DNA of 63,395 bases, the filler included, from Phoronis australis (Eukaryota > Animalia > Phoronida), in NCBI GenBank assembly GCA_002633005.1. It is 6 parts of 6 records of this genome, joined end to end, with 100 filler letters (N's around TTAATTAATTAA, not from the genome) between each part and the next. Parts side by side here need not be neighbours in the genome. Positions count along the whole stretch, not along the records: positions 17,213 to 48,772 come from NMRA01000019.1; positions 48,873 to 55,922 come from NMRA01000805.1; 4 more parts are not named here. The stretch is one strand, 5' to 3'. Positions within the stretch are counted from its first letter, which is position 1. Each line of letters begins with the position of its first letter. Shown here piece by piece: positions 36,874 through 50,187 of the stretch. Below the pieces are notes generated by a model, which was given only the letters and a program-made list of their open reading frames with translations, ran no database searches and was not told the DNA's origin. The position numbers and the translations under genes are program-made.

Positions 36874-39800
36874 CATGCACAATTACACCACACACCTAAG
36901 CAGTTATGACTAATTTTTCGAAAGTTACGTAAACACACCTGCTTTCACGACCTTCACTTTTCTGACTCTGACTCTGACTCTAGGCATTGTCCATCCACTG
37001 CGGGATGTAGCCCTTCCATTTTGTCCTGTCTCTTGCCGCTCTCATCCACGTTGTGCCTCTCGCCTTCATGATGTCATCTCTCCATCTGTCTTGGGGCCGT
37101 CCTCTTGATCTCTTTTCATATCTGGGTTGCCGCTCTGTGCATCTTTTTGTCCATCTGTTTTCCTGTGCTCTGGCGACGTGTCCGCCCAACCTCCATTTCC
37201 ATTTCAGAATTGTCTTGATTAAGTCCATGACTCCTGTTTGTTCCCTTATCTCTGTGTGTGGAATCTTGTCTAGTAACTTTATTCCAAGCATTTTTCTCTC
37301 CATTGCTCTCTGTGTTGTTCTTAGCTTGGCAATATTCTGTTTTGTTAAGGTCCATGTTTGGCATCAATAGGTGATTGTGGGGATCATGCATTGGTCAAAT
37401 ACTTTTCTTTTTAGGGATATGGGTATGTTCTTATCTTCTTATCATCCAGTTCTTATTCGGATTTGTATTTCATTAGTCATACGGTTTCCCATTTGTGTCC
37501 CAGGTATTTATATTGTGTGACTCTTTCAATGATCTTCTCCACCATTACCTATTCATCTGTTTCAAATTTTGTCATGTACTTTATCTTGTCCCTGTGTATC
37601 TTTAATCCCACATTGTTGCTTTCTTAATTCAGTATATTTACATTTGTATCTAATTGTATTATGTCTTCTGTGCACAAAGCAACATCATCTGCAAATCTTA
37701 GGTCTGTTAAATGTTCTCCGTCTATGTTTACTCCCCTTTGAAGGTCTGAAGATTTCAAGATTTCCTCCACTGTCAGTGTAAACAGTTTAGGTGAAATTGG
37801 GTCCCCCTGTCTAACTCCTCTCTCTATGTTTCATTTAAGCCAAATGTATTTTTCCGTGAATATATGTTAACATGATTGTAACACCCAAAAATGTATTGTT
37901 GAAAAATTCCTGGCATGCAGCAGTGGCGGATATGGGATATCACAAGGGGGGCCCAACATTTTGTCCGGCTGTAAGCATTTGCGCAAACCACGATTGTAGA
38001 TGCGCATAGCACCGAATGGGGGGAGGTCGGGAGGGGGGCTGTTTTTTCCTCTAAAAATCAATCATTTTCCTTGGTTCCTGAAGTATAATCCAAGAAAAAC
38101 AGGCAAAAAAAAACAAAAGAAAACGGGGAACGTTTCAAACTGGAAAAAATGCAAGTACTAGAGACTCGAACTCACGACCTGACGGATAGAGCGCGCGTGC
38201 TTTACCACTACACCTCCACGACTCAGCTACTAAACTTATAACAAGAGACCTACATTGTACTTGTTTATGGTCCTCAGCGTTTGCGCGCGAAACCTACTTC
38301 TTTTTGTAATGCTTATTACACGTTTTATATTTTGTGCAATCGGTTCTTAACAAATTTGCTGTATTTAAAATAGTCTTCAAATGCCCAAAAGACCAAATCC
38401 GTTTTTTCGTGTTGGCAATAATGACGGGATTGCTTTGGAAATCGTCTTAAGTTAAGGTTTGAGAAAGAGAGAATTGTGAGTTTCTGAGTGATTCACTAAG
38501 GCTTCGATTAAAATTCGCATCTTACCAGCAGCTTCTTTCTTTTCATCGTCACTCAGGTTCCATATTCTTTAAAAATTGTAGTAAATTTTCTTCATTGCAC
38601 AGTGGAGCAGACGACGGAAACGGAGTCGTAGTGCGCAGCGCCACTGCCGGTCGCCTGGGATATCGCTGGAGAGCCTATACTTAGCCATAGCTCCGTTACG
38701 AATGCGCCGTGTTCCGAATTTAACATTTGAAATTGGATCAGAGCCCCCCCCCAAACACTAAATTAAACTGCACACATTTAAATCTTGTTTCACCCGTATA
38801 ATTTTAATTACCTGTTTTAATTAATAAACNCCCCCCCCCCTAAATCCACCAATGTGCAGTAGGATAGGTAGTCGAAAATGGCTCTACAACTGCAGCTGAA
38901 AAGGTATCAGACGCCAAACTACTCCTGGCATCCTTCAGGACCACAGGTCGGAGCTTATAAAAAATGATCAGTGTATCTGTCGGGTTTGGTGATTAATTTT
39001 GCCGAGAAAACTCTAATTGTATTGAACTGTACCTCAGGAGTCTCGTTTAATGCACAATGATTAGAAAATTGAAAATGAAGTAGTGAAATTAGGCTTGATT
39101 TGACAACTACAGGTATCGATCAAAATTCAGTTGAGCAAGCAGCAGGAAATTCACAATGCAAACTCTCCTGGCTAGTCTCGGGGTCGCAAGCTGAAACAAT
39201 AAAATGGATAGGTCTCGTGAAGCAATTGGTATTCCAGGGGTAGACTCCTATGTATTGACGGACCATGTTACACTATTTACAGCTGCTGTTGCCCCATGTG
39301 CGCACCAAGTGGGGGGCTTTGAGCCCTCCCGCCCATTTCGCGAAGTGGGCAAAAAGGTCCGCCTCAATGTAACGAAAATTTCGAAATAAGTAGAAAACGA
39401 GACAAAAGTCCACTAAAAAGACATGAAATAACAAAATTCGGTGAATGCACAAGTCATAGCTCTGAACGTACCCCGTGAATCGTAGTAAAAGGTCCACATC
39501 TCAAACTTTCGAGCCAACCATTTTTTTAGGCTGAGTGCGCACATGTGTCTTAGCATCCGACTGTTTTGCCTGCATATTTATGCACTCTTTGGAAAAGATG
39601 AATGGCCCTAGAACGAACCTTTTCACTTTGTGAGAAAATGTATCGCCAAACCACTCAAAACAATGCTAGCACCTGAGCCGTTGCCTTATACTCTAATTTA
39701 TGATCGAGAGAGACCCCTAAATACTTGTCGGCACTGGCATACAGTGTTATTCCTCGATAAAAATACATCACGCGTTTTTTATTAATAGCCATGTTCCATT

Positions 39801-41986
39801 TCCTACACCAGTAATATAACTTACCGCGTATTTAGTGATGTTTGTACATGTAAACTGGTTTCACTGCTTGAAATATACTAAGTTATCTGCATACAATAAA
39901 CAACGCAAATTGAGTATAATATTTCAACAATCCCTACCTGGGTCAACTTAAACTTTTGAACGATGGCATATACTTTTTATTACTTGAATTATTTAAACTG
40001 TGTGTAAGTTGCACGCAGCTCTGAACGATTGCAAAACGTTTTTAGTCATCCAGCGGCACGTGATGTTTTAAAAAATTTCCGAGCTATCGATTTTTATCTT
40101 ATCACCTTTTCACTTTTTCAGGACATATACGTAATCAGCTGTCTCTCCGTCCAAGTGTTGACGGCCGCCGAAAATGCTGTTGCTTCCTTGGTCAACGAAC
40201 CAAAGTTCATTGATACGATGTATGCTTACGTTGTCGGTGGCTGTTTGGTGATTCTCCACGTGGTTTTGACCATCGTTGTTCTTGTAAAAGTGAGTTGAGT
40301 ATAGGCCTACATATGAGACGTTACGATAGGGTCGTTTGCATAGAAACAGTTACGATACGTTTGGCGTAAACAACAACTGGTTCTCGGCTGGGAAAATCCA
40401 ACCAAACTCACGAGGTCTCGTACCCGACAATGTCTCGAGGCATCTTGTGAGATCTTGCTTTTCTGGCGAGACGCTGAACACAGATATTGCAATACCCGCC
40501 TTACCACAAGTCGCAACTGACTTAAAGATCTCTAATTATGCTTATTTCTACACGAAACTTCTAAGCGACACGAGACCTGCAATACTGATATGTCAGGGCC
40601 ATTAGGTAACATACGCTTCTGCAGATAAGTTCGGGCATATATTCGAAGAATGCAATTTAGGGACCAAAATCAAATTCAACAATACTGCTGCCCAGAAGAA
40701 TGTTTGAAATCGAATAATGTAACTTCGATTATATTAATATTCTATCTTGCGCACTTATTGAGACCAGGGCAGTCAAACTACGACAGTTTTGGTTTGTCAG
40801 TCCTCAAACATAGAAATTTATTGGTGGAAATTTACTTAGGTGGCAGTTTTGGCATACATATCCTGTGGTACTTGATAAAGCCTTAAGGGGCATGATCACA
40901 TTTACAAAAAATGTATGCTGGGAGTATTTGCGAAAACTTATATTATGAATAAACCCACTGGGCGTGTTCAAAGCTGATCTTATCTACAGGAAACCTCGAT
41001 GCAATAATTTTGTATCCAATAAAACCTGGAAGTTTACATAGTCTGCAAATTCGCACACTGCTTCCTAACTTTAAAGTCGTTCGTCCGTAAGTAAATGAGG
41101 TTCCTTGTTCAGACAGACGAGTAAAATCTACACGACGTCTCCCCGTTAAAGTTCACTTAATTCTTCAGGGTAAGTTCATAATTAAACGGTAGAGCACAAA
41201 AGTTGCTCCATCGTTTTTCTGAGGCTGTGTACACAATAGAGGTGGATTCATATAAACAACAACACAGCCAGCGCTTTATTTATATTTTCTTCTTTTTTGC
41301 TAACCGACTGCTGCTGTTACTAACAATGAAAATTTTCAACTTTCAACGCCGTAGTTAGTTTTAATACTGGGCGGAAAAAGAATGTTTCAGCGTTGATCAC
41401 TGTCACGCATCTCTGTTTACTAATCCCCAAGTACAAGAAGCCTGCCATGAAATTGCGGGCGGTGTTGTAACTTCCCGTTGTAATCCTACACAGTAAGGCG
41501 TAATCATTATCGTCCGGAGAGATGTGCAATGTGGCACGATGGTAATGGCTTATCGTTCTATAATACCGTATTGTAAAGTCTTGTCTTATATATTAACAAG
41601 GTGTACCATTTACGTGCCTTAAGATCGGTTTAAGTCTTGTTTGCTGTAGCGATATTTTGGATCATATAAAACACAGTGCCCCAATAAAACTGGCTGTTTA
41701 TCCACCACCTACGATTCGTTTCAACAAAAGTTTCCATTTCGGGTTGATTCGTTGCTGTATGTCCGGGAAATGTTCGCAATTACAGATGCGTCGAAGAAAA
41801 TCTAAAATGAGAAAAATCACGGAGAAGTATCAGGAATATTGCAACAAGGTTGAGAAAAAGAAGGAGAAGGAAAATAGAAACGGAGACACAGGAAAGGCGG
41901 AGGAAGATGGAATGAGAGTGCAGCCCAATGGAAGAGTTCCCAACTGCAAAACGATTAACGTAACCCAAGTTAGTTCCCAAATATGA
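23376..41986 (+). CDS. Cys-less pentameric ligand-gated ion channel (Pro-loop receptor) subunit; 5' exons not found
   Basis: Six phase-compatible exons: 23376-23440 (LRVKGTFKEHMELENFPFDYQ), 24733-24832 (ALSFHVHSDW...), 28005-28150 (...FPRYKVSTHVTRKPSYYLWNVVFVM), 30450-30605 (M1-M2: VPPDEVADRLSVTLTLLLTSVAFKFVVSQSLPTIPYLTLL), 40122-40289 (M3-M4) and 41786-41986 (basic tail, TGA). Confidence 0.9.
27157..27870. mobile_element. Kolobok-like element, second copy (channel intron)
   Basis: TTAA(A)TGAGAATGCCACCCGATTTAATTAGTC... is collinear with 7196-7674. The minus strand encodes GYQFEPEYTYQEILE. The right end is uncertain. Confidence 0.7.
29369..29521. mobile_element. Small hAT-like MITE
   Basis: Imperfect inverted termini CAGTGGCGGATGTAG...CAGGATCCGTCCCTG; related termini occur at 37921 and ~38853. 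Confidence 0.5.
32234..32498. mobile_element. MITE family copy 2
   Basis: Homologous to 22182-22460 and 39295-39545. Confidence 0.65.
32640..33385. repeat. Diverged tandem duplication (~385-bp unit)
   Basis: TAGATAC.TAAACAT.TAA.TCAGAAACCAACAA occurs at ~32963 and ~33349. ATTTA.TGTCATT.GAA.TGTGAG occurs at ~32717 and ~33100. Confidence 0.6.
36828..36868. repeat. (CA)n microsatellite
   Basis: About 20 CA units. Confidence 0.97.
36961..37825 (-). mobile_element. 5'-truncated RTE-clade LINE (degenerate reverse transcriptase)
   Basis: GVRQGDPISPKLFT (~37780-37820), LRFADD (~37685-37702) and the C-terminal MERKMLG...KWRLGGHVAR...RSRGRPQDRWRDD, then an (AGAGTC)n tandem tail directly after the stop. 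Frameshifted. Confidence 0.88.
38150..38224 (-). other. tRNA-derived head (SINE fragment or tRNA pseudogene)
   Basis: Minus strand GGTGTAGTGGTAAAGCAC (A box/D arm) and GTGAGTTCGAGTCTC (B box/T arm) at tRNA spacing. The acceptor and anticodon stems do not pair well. Confidence 0.55.
39295..39545. mobile_element. MITE family copy 3
   Basis: Perfect inverted termini CATGTGCGCAC...GTGCGCACATG; internal homology to copies 1 and 2. Confidence 0.75.
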
Positions 41987-44900
41987 TTATCTTTAAGTTC
42001 AAGAATGCTGGTCAATCTTGCTGACAGATAAGTTTAACGAAGTGCATGTAGTTCATGTTCAATATATAATGGGTGTTCCTCACTGCTTCGTGCGGAGGTT
42101 AATTCATGATTGCGATGGTTTCCCTTGAATTTGTTAGGCATTGAGTTGAAAAAACTAAATGCAGTTCTGTTACCTCTGCTTCCTTGCATCCAGATCGTGT
42201 CGGCGATTTGTAGATGCTTTTTTATATGTATCCCTTAGAACGTATTTAAGTGAACGTACTGAAATGCAAATAGAACAGCTCAATCCCAGAAGACCGACCT
42301 CTCCACTATATTTAAAATTAATCTAACATCAGTTCAGCACTATATCTTCGCACACACAATGCAAATTAAACACAATCCGTTTGCCGTCGTTTCCCGATCA
42401 ACCATTCCTATAGCTGAGCTGTGCATCCACGGGATTTTTAAGTACATGTACTCTAATCACACCGATAGTGTGTGTTGTGACAGAAGTTGACAGACGGCTT
42501 GTTCAGAATGTATTCGTGGCTTTTTCCACAATGATTGTGGGTAATGTGCCGATTCGGCCAACAAATCAACAGGATTCTGTTACATCCGCGAATTAGTTAT
42601 AATTATTCCTTAGAGAAACGCACTGTAGAATGGTTGGAGCTTGAAGGGATGTACAGACTGACTGATTAGCAAACAAATGATTTTTCTCTTAATTTGGCAA
42701 CACCGACAGACACTTACTATAAAGAGAGAGACTGAAAACCATATCTTGTCGTAGAGGGGAAGGGGGTCGTTTAGAAGTTAATTTGGTTAAACAATGGGTT
42801 TACTTGTAATAAAAGTCCATGTTTATAGTAAAATTTTCTGGTCAGCCGAGACACATTTTGAAGTTTTCCAAATTTCCCAGGTTAAACGTGTGTCACTCTA
42901 GGCTTTCTTGCGCACATCATTCCCCACAGTGCTTGATCTTACAGTAGTTTTTAAATTTTGACAATGTTTCAGCGAAGCAAACCGCGGCTAGATGTCCATT
43001 TATTTTAATTAGAATACCGTTCAATTGTCTCTGAAATTACGCCAAACTAAATAATCGTACTCTTCATGATCTATACCGTTCGTGCATCTCGATGCGCAAC
43101 CACCGCCTGGCATGATAAGTAAGACACGGAGTTGATGGTATAAAGTGCTACAACTTGGCGAAAACAATGACGCATTCAATGACTCATTATAGTATCAAGT
43201 CCATGTAAACAAAGATGGCTGGAAATGATCAGTGATCTAGGCCGTGAATGTTATTTCTCGAACACCGCATGCAAAGATTCGGATACATTTTATTAATTTC
43301 ATACCTTATCTACCATAACCAGAGATTCGTGTTATAGCTAAACATCACTCAAAAACGATCCCCTACGCTTTAATCACAGCAGGACACCAAACAGGAACGG
43401 GAGTGTTGTCGATAAACTGTTTATTTCAAAAAACCTGTGGTCTTCTTTCGTTCCAGTTATTAAAATATGCCTGAATTACAAACGAACCATTCAAAAGCAG
43501 TTCGGCTCAAGCAACTTCCGTTGGCCAAATTTTAGATCTTTGCCGTGGTTGTTACAAAAACCTGACTCCATCGCCTGTTTCCGCTTTGTTTATGAAAAAA
43601 TTGACAACAAATCTCGTTTTCCAATATGACTCGTACAAATAAAAGCTAAGTGAGTTGGTGTGTCGGATATGACTAAATATAATTCATGTTGACGTAGGTT
43701 CTCTGAAGTCACAGCAATAACTTGTTGACTTTTTGGTAGAACAACTTCCGATACAGTTGTTAATTGATAATAGCAAACAAGTGTGAAACATCAGGGGGGT
43801 GGGGTAAATGTTCTGCAAACGGTCTTTTGGTTCAGCAGTCCGTTGTAAAGCTATCGTTTGCCATCAAGGACAATTGGCCGTTTTTAATTTGACTGTTATT
43901 TCATTGCTGGGAATTACCATGAACATATTCTACATTTACTTATTTTACTATTGTCTAAATAAATACATCCTAACAAAGACATGATGTTGATCAATAAGAG
44001 AATTGTGTTGTTACTTCGTGTTCATTATGAACAAAAATATCTCAAACTAGTTGATATTTTCGAATATACTGCTGACGTTTTTGACACCACCTGACTCTTT
44101 GTGTGTTGCTTAACGCCCTGTACAACACATTAACTCATTTGAGCATGTCAACTACCACAGGCAAAGTTTGATGTGGACATTTTTGGCACAGATTTCAGTC
44201 TTTACCGGTGTTTATCTACGGTGAAATTATTATTCACCGACGCTGTAAAGGTGACACCAACCGACGTTAGTTACGATTCTTTAAAAGAAAGAGATCGCCA
44301 GACAGGTTTAATTGAGTTAAATACGGACGTGTCTACTGCTTAAACCGAATTTCTGTCAATCAAAACGAGATTTTTTTCAGAAAGGTGATCACAAAGATAC
44401 GTATCCAGCAGAGCGTAAAATGCAAGACATGTCCGTTCAAAGCATTGAAAATTTGACCAAAGTGGGAGTGGTATAGAGTGCGCTGTAATCAAGTTTCTCC
44501 GATGAAGCGTCTGTCAACTCCGCCTCTTCTGTCTATAGTGTAACAACGAAACTACAAAAACGTGTGCTTGGTGTTGCGTTCCAAGGACTGGTGACGTATG
44601 TGTGCTAAGCTTACTGGAATACTGGGACCTGCTTGACATGGTGAATTAGATAACTAAGTAATATTATGCAGCTTATTACCTAGTACTATTTGTTTTGCCC
44701 TTTGGTGTGTGTTCATGAGATATTTTAACTGGAGTGAGCCTTATTCAGGGTGTTCTTTTATACAGGTGTATATCATGGTGTGTAGGGTTTGGATTTTGTG
44801 TTTGCCAGCCTCATAAGATTGACTTTGAGATAAAAAGTTTATGAAATAATATGATGACTTTATTCGACAAAGCCGTAACAAACGAAAAGTTTACTGTTCA

Positions 44901-47184
44901 GTAACCATCTATGTTGAACATTTGGTTGACCAGACTTCAGTGGCGGGTTGCAAGACTCAACCAAGGCTCCTAAGTCTTTTTTAGTATTTGTATCTTTATG
45001 TACTCAGAGATGCAGTGTTTTTTATAATTTCATCTTTATTGTGAGCTCCACTTTGATAAATGGCATTTTTAGTAATATAACTAAAAACTGAACCCTGAAT
45101 TCATTGAAAATAAATAGGGACTCATTCGTCAGTTGTGGGTGTTACATGAAAACATCCATACTTACTTTCGATAATATTGACTGTTCAACGCACAGTTCAC
45201 TTTCGATTTGTGTTAAAGCCAAACGTTGACTTAGCAATGCATAAAAAACAAAACATGAAAGGGCAATCAATGTTTTCACTAGACCACAAATAAGTAGTAG
45301 ATTTAGAGAACTTGGTTGAGTCCCAATTTGGGCCGTTTCATGCAACCGGGCACAGACGTCAATCATAAGGTGGGCGTACTGGTGTAAAGAAGTGAATGCC
45401 TATTATACCGGCAAACCGAAACACTTAGCTTAGATGCCCATGGTACCAATGTGTGACCGCAGGAACACTTGCAAAGCAGACAAGGTTTAAATGGATTAGC
45501 TACATGAATTACCAGCGTAGAAGTGAACAATACATGCATCTTTTGAACGATCTTGAATCGGTAAACGCTGGCTAAATAAAATCTGACACAAGATTGGCGT
45601 CATAAAAAACTACCCTGGCCTTTGAGTGAACTAAATGAATCTTAAGTGACACATGTACATGTAAGTACGCCATCCAAACGATATGATGTGCCTCATTTTG
45701 TGGAGCAACCACATGCATCTACTGTTAGCGCTGTTACTTATAGCGTTACCTACACTGTATTGACCAATTTATTTTGGGTCAATTTGTTAACCCACTATAA
45801 ATTCCCCTTTCTTAAGAGTTACTTACAAATCCCAACTAGCGAATTATCGAATTTGATTTAACAATCAGGAAACCGAATTTTGAGCAAAATTTGCTTTGGC
45901 GAAGCTGTCACAATCTTCCGAAAGATATTACAAAAGTAGCTAACGGCTGGTGCACGAGTCGCAAGAGGCTTATTTTTCTGTATAACGACGAAGGTGAATG
46001 GTGCAAGAGTATGACGTTTATTCGAGTGTTTTCACTTAAAAGCTGCAACGGGCAAGGCGAGTGTCAGTTGACTACCCTAAAGCTTTTTCTGAAAAAATCA
46101 TCAAATGAATATTTTTGTGTCTTTGGGCACAAACTTTGTGAGGCTGGGGCTCATCTGCTTACGGATCCCCAATTTGGAAGACGGTGTTAAGAAGTGTAGA
46201 TGCCTAGCTGGTAGGCCTAACGCGTAAATGCATCTTGATGTTTCACAATTTCCTTAAAGCATATCCCCACAACCGATCACCACTTGAGCTCTAACACGAT
46301 ACCAAAGTCATGTACCGAGGACAACCAGAAACTCACACGGCACTCTCGCGGTGAATCACGTGAAATCTCGGTGTGGCTAGCTCTACCTCTAAAACACATG
46401 GTTGGACACGCGCGAGAGTCCTAGAGATGTGCGGACAGTTCAGGTTACACGGGTCACCAAGATCTTTAATTGCTCAATTTCGCAAAGTGCTGCTCACTCT
46501 TAATGTTTATGTCTGTGTCTCATTCGATCCTGGTTTGTAGAGCAAAGACATTCACAGTACCCGATTCAAAAGGTGACATCAGTAACATGTTTGTTGTCGC
46601 TGCTAGCATCAGGATCTCGTTTGGCTTTGATGCCAAAAAGGCCCTCCAACTGTACTACTCATGCTGTATTTTATTTTGGATATGTCTTACCCCCAGCGTT
46701 TCCAGTTACTGTGCTTTTTGCAAGATCGTATGTTGCCTGAACGACGATGCAACCTGCTTCCGCGGAGTATCACTAATTAAGTTTGACTAAGTTGTTTGCA
46801 TATGTACATGTATGCAATGCATAAACTCTGTAAACTAGAAATGTCTGTTGTCCACTGCCATTACCTTGATCTCATTTCTAAGATCGCAGGACTCCGTGGC
46901 TTGTATTTCCTTAGGGTGTTCAAAGGTTGATTAAGTTGCCATACATGTAGTTGTGATTTTTGTATTTCTAACGGTGTGTATTGTTCAGTAAGTGAGGCCT
47001 CTTAGGCGTTTTGGCAATACACGTTCAGTATTTCTCCGTCGGATCATTTTTCATCTACTCTTATGATCAACACCTTGAGAAAGTGTAGAACTTGTTTAGA
47101 AATTGGGCGTTTCCACTCTTAGATACGTTCAGACTCAATCAGTTTAGACTCACTGTTTGGATGTTAAAAATGTGGTTAGTATTT

Positions 47185-47332
47185 AAATAGGTAAATAAAA
47201 AACACGAATGGATTAACTGAAATTTTCGGATGTAATAACGTTCTTTTTACTTTATTTCTGTTTCTGTTGACAAAGGACGTTATTATATCCGAAAATTTCA
47301 GTTAATCCATTCTTGTTGTTTTATTTACCTAT
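47185..47332. repeat. Long inverted repeat (hairpin, ~60-bp arms)
   Basis: AATAGGTAAATAAAAA..GAATGGATTAACTGAAATTTTCGGATGTAATAACGT is mirrored by ACGTTATTATATCCGAAAATTTCAGTTAATCCATTC..TTTTTATTTACCTATT. A single arm also occurs at ~27793-27865. Confidence 0.85.
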
Positions 47333-48872
47333 TGATATTCTACATTTCGTGAAACAATAGTATCCTTTGGAGGATCTGGATCGCCTTATTTAGTTTCAGA
47401 TTTATTTTCTATGTTAGTATTTAAACATGTTAAGAAATTTTGGCGTAAAACAGTGGGCACATTTATGTACATAGAAATGCGCTTAGAAATATGCGTCGAA
47501 ATTACACGTACGGTAAACACTTTAAACACGCTTAGAAATCTTTGGCAAAAAACCGTTGGGGCATTTACAGGTACAGTATGCCCTAAACCCACGGACTTCG
47601 ATGGCTCTAACTTCGAAATCATATTATGGTTACGATTTCCACGAACTAAGACGGTGACATCACCACTGTTGAGGCTACAGCAAGGTAGCCTTGCGCATTC
47701 CGTTTTCAGTGTATCGGTGACGTTAAAATCTGGCTAGCAGTTACATGTATACACTTATTCCTTTATCAGTTGGTCGTTCACGTTGTTCCAAAAATAACTA
47801 TTTTCTGTCAACAACATATTGACAAATTATGCAAAATAAAACAATTGTGAACGGCAAGATGTTAAAACGTGGTGAAGAGGTATTTGTCTCTACGCGGCAT
47901 ATGTGCGTGAAACTTTGGTAAAGCGATTGCGATGGCAAAAAATGAAAGAAAATACACAAAGGTGCACTTTTGAGAAGCAAAGCGTCTGGTGATCTTGATA
48001 GCGTACATGTATGATCTGGCCACCTCAGGTAGTAAGTGACGCTGAATGAGAAGTGGTAACTACATGTTTGGCGCGAAAATAAAAAAATCATGCTTGTATT
48101 GCCAGCCACTCCCCTCCCCGAATTTTGCACATTCTAATGAGTCACCACTCGAGATTTGGTTCCGTTTCAGTCCTAAAATCGCATAATAATTCTGTGCTCA
48201 GCTGTAAGAAAAAATACAATTTTTTGAAACGGTGCTCAGTCTTATAAAGTTTCCAGCATGAGAGCGCTTTGATCAGAAATGCCAAGCACACGCAGAGCTG
48301 TAAGACAGAGACGTTGGCGTTTCCGTATGTCCACAAAAGTGCTTTGAGCAGTGTGTACAAATTTGTTCATTTCGGTTTTCTGCACTGACGACTATGATCA
48401 AGACGGTGTTTTAACTACACTTTTGAGTTCATTTTCAAAAATAAATGTTTGGTTGGTGAATTCAGCGAGTCCGCGGTGCCCACGGGCAGGAAAACGTATC
48501 TGCGTAAATAAAGAGTTGCATTTTCAAAACATTTAGAGCATGAGCTCAAGGACTAACAGACAGAAAATAAAACCGATTACCAAACAGAAACTTGTCCAAT
48601 GAATATCTAGCTCTTGGAAAACTGTTACCCCGAAGAAATGTGCAAAATACGAACGTCGTTTACGAAAGATTGTACCAGAAGTGATTCGTTGCAGTGGAGC
48701 CGCACGGGATAGTAAAAACACTGTGCTGTGCACTAGTTACCTGAATGGAAAGCTGAAGCGGAAAAATCCAGANNNNNNNNNNNNNNNNNNNNNNNNNNNN
48801 NNNNNNNNNNNNNNNNTTAATTAATTAANNNNNNNNNNNNNNNNNNNNNNNNNNNNNNNNNNNNNNNNNNNN

Positions 48873-50170
48873 CCCCAGATGGACGTCGACCCTTTAGGGG
48901 CCGGCCAGGTGGCTTGCGGACTTTTGCCGCATACGTCATCTGAGGGTACGGCGCACCAGCATCCCTCACCCCCTGTTGTGGCAGGGTGGCCTGCTGCCTC
49001 CAATAAAGCAGACGGCCAGCCTGCTGGTGGAGGTTGTTCAGCCAAGCACTCTCTTGCTGCTGCTTAGCAGCAAGTGAAGGTTCAGCGGAACCAGCTCCAC
49101 TTGAAGAACTTGTGCTAGCGACAGCCACACCTGAGGATGTGGAGGCGCCGGCCCGTTCTCCTTGTCCCATCACGCCACCCCCCGAAGGAGATGGGGTTAC
49201 GGAACTGGGTGGCACTTGACTTGAAAGTCCTGCGCCCCCCGACCACATATCTCTGGGCAGCACGGGCACTGCGCGCTGGCCAAAGGCGTGGATCCAGGCG
49301 GATAGAGCGTCAGCCGACAACCTTGACATCAAGACCAGGACAACATACCAGTGGCTGCAAGCTGCTGGGCTGTTGATCCTGGGATCAATTTCAAAGGATC
49401 CCGGGTGAGACCATTCCATGGCACTACACATGAACCCCATAGACATCAGGTCTACGACGTGCATGTGTGGTAGCACGGGATAAGCCCCACATAAGAGATT
49501 ACAGAGATCCAAAAGGTCCCTACAATCTCTTACCTCACGTTCTACTACCAACCTGTAAAGCACCGACAAGGCTTCAAACCTTATTCGGTGCAGCGCGAGG
49601 TCGGCCAAGGTAAACGCATCAGTTACCGTGAAGAGGGCCGGTAAATGGTGCGCATACGCATGGCGACGTAAAATCTCATCCTCTGTGTGGTCTCCAGAAA
49701 CGTGGAAACCACATAGAGGGCAAGAAACGACCTCGCCTAGTTGAGGAGGGGCAGAGTAAGCCTCCGTACCAGCCCTTGGGCGGGTGGATGTCTTCACTGG
49801 ACCTCCTTTTGTGGACCTCCTACATGTAGGTCTTTGGGGAATGTCCTCAACAACCACCTCCATGGGTACAGAGGGTTGAGACTCTGCAGCCACCGGGGCG
49901 GGTGCATAAGGATCCTCCAAAATGGAATCATCAAAATCCCCCACCGAAGAAGGGGATGAAGAGGGTTCCGGAGGCTCTGGACCACCCCCTTCCGTAGAAG
50001 TTGATGGGCCACAACCCACAGATGGCGCCGGCACCGGCATACCCTCGCCCTGGGGGGCGGGCACGACGGCGACGGCCGCTGACACCGTTACATGCGTAGG
50101 GGCATTTGCGTTACCCCTAAAAACGGGTAGGTCTGGATTCTCCTTTAATCTTACGTCTTGACAAGAGAAC
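48873..50170 (-). CDS. Retrotransposon ORF3: Pro/Ser-rich region, C2H2-like finger and a globular domain; 3'-truncated
   Basis: About 430 open codons starting ~20 nt after the pol stop. Contains CPLC-x14-HAYAHHLP. There is no nearby ATG, but a strong splice acceptor precedes it. Confidence 0.75.
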
Positions 50171-50187
50171 CTACAAATAAAAACAAT

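Noticed and set aside
42000-48770. Many 60-110 aa ORFs here and in introns
   Set aside because: No recognisable domains or consistent splice chains; expected by chance in UTR, intergenic and intronic DNA.
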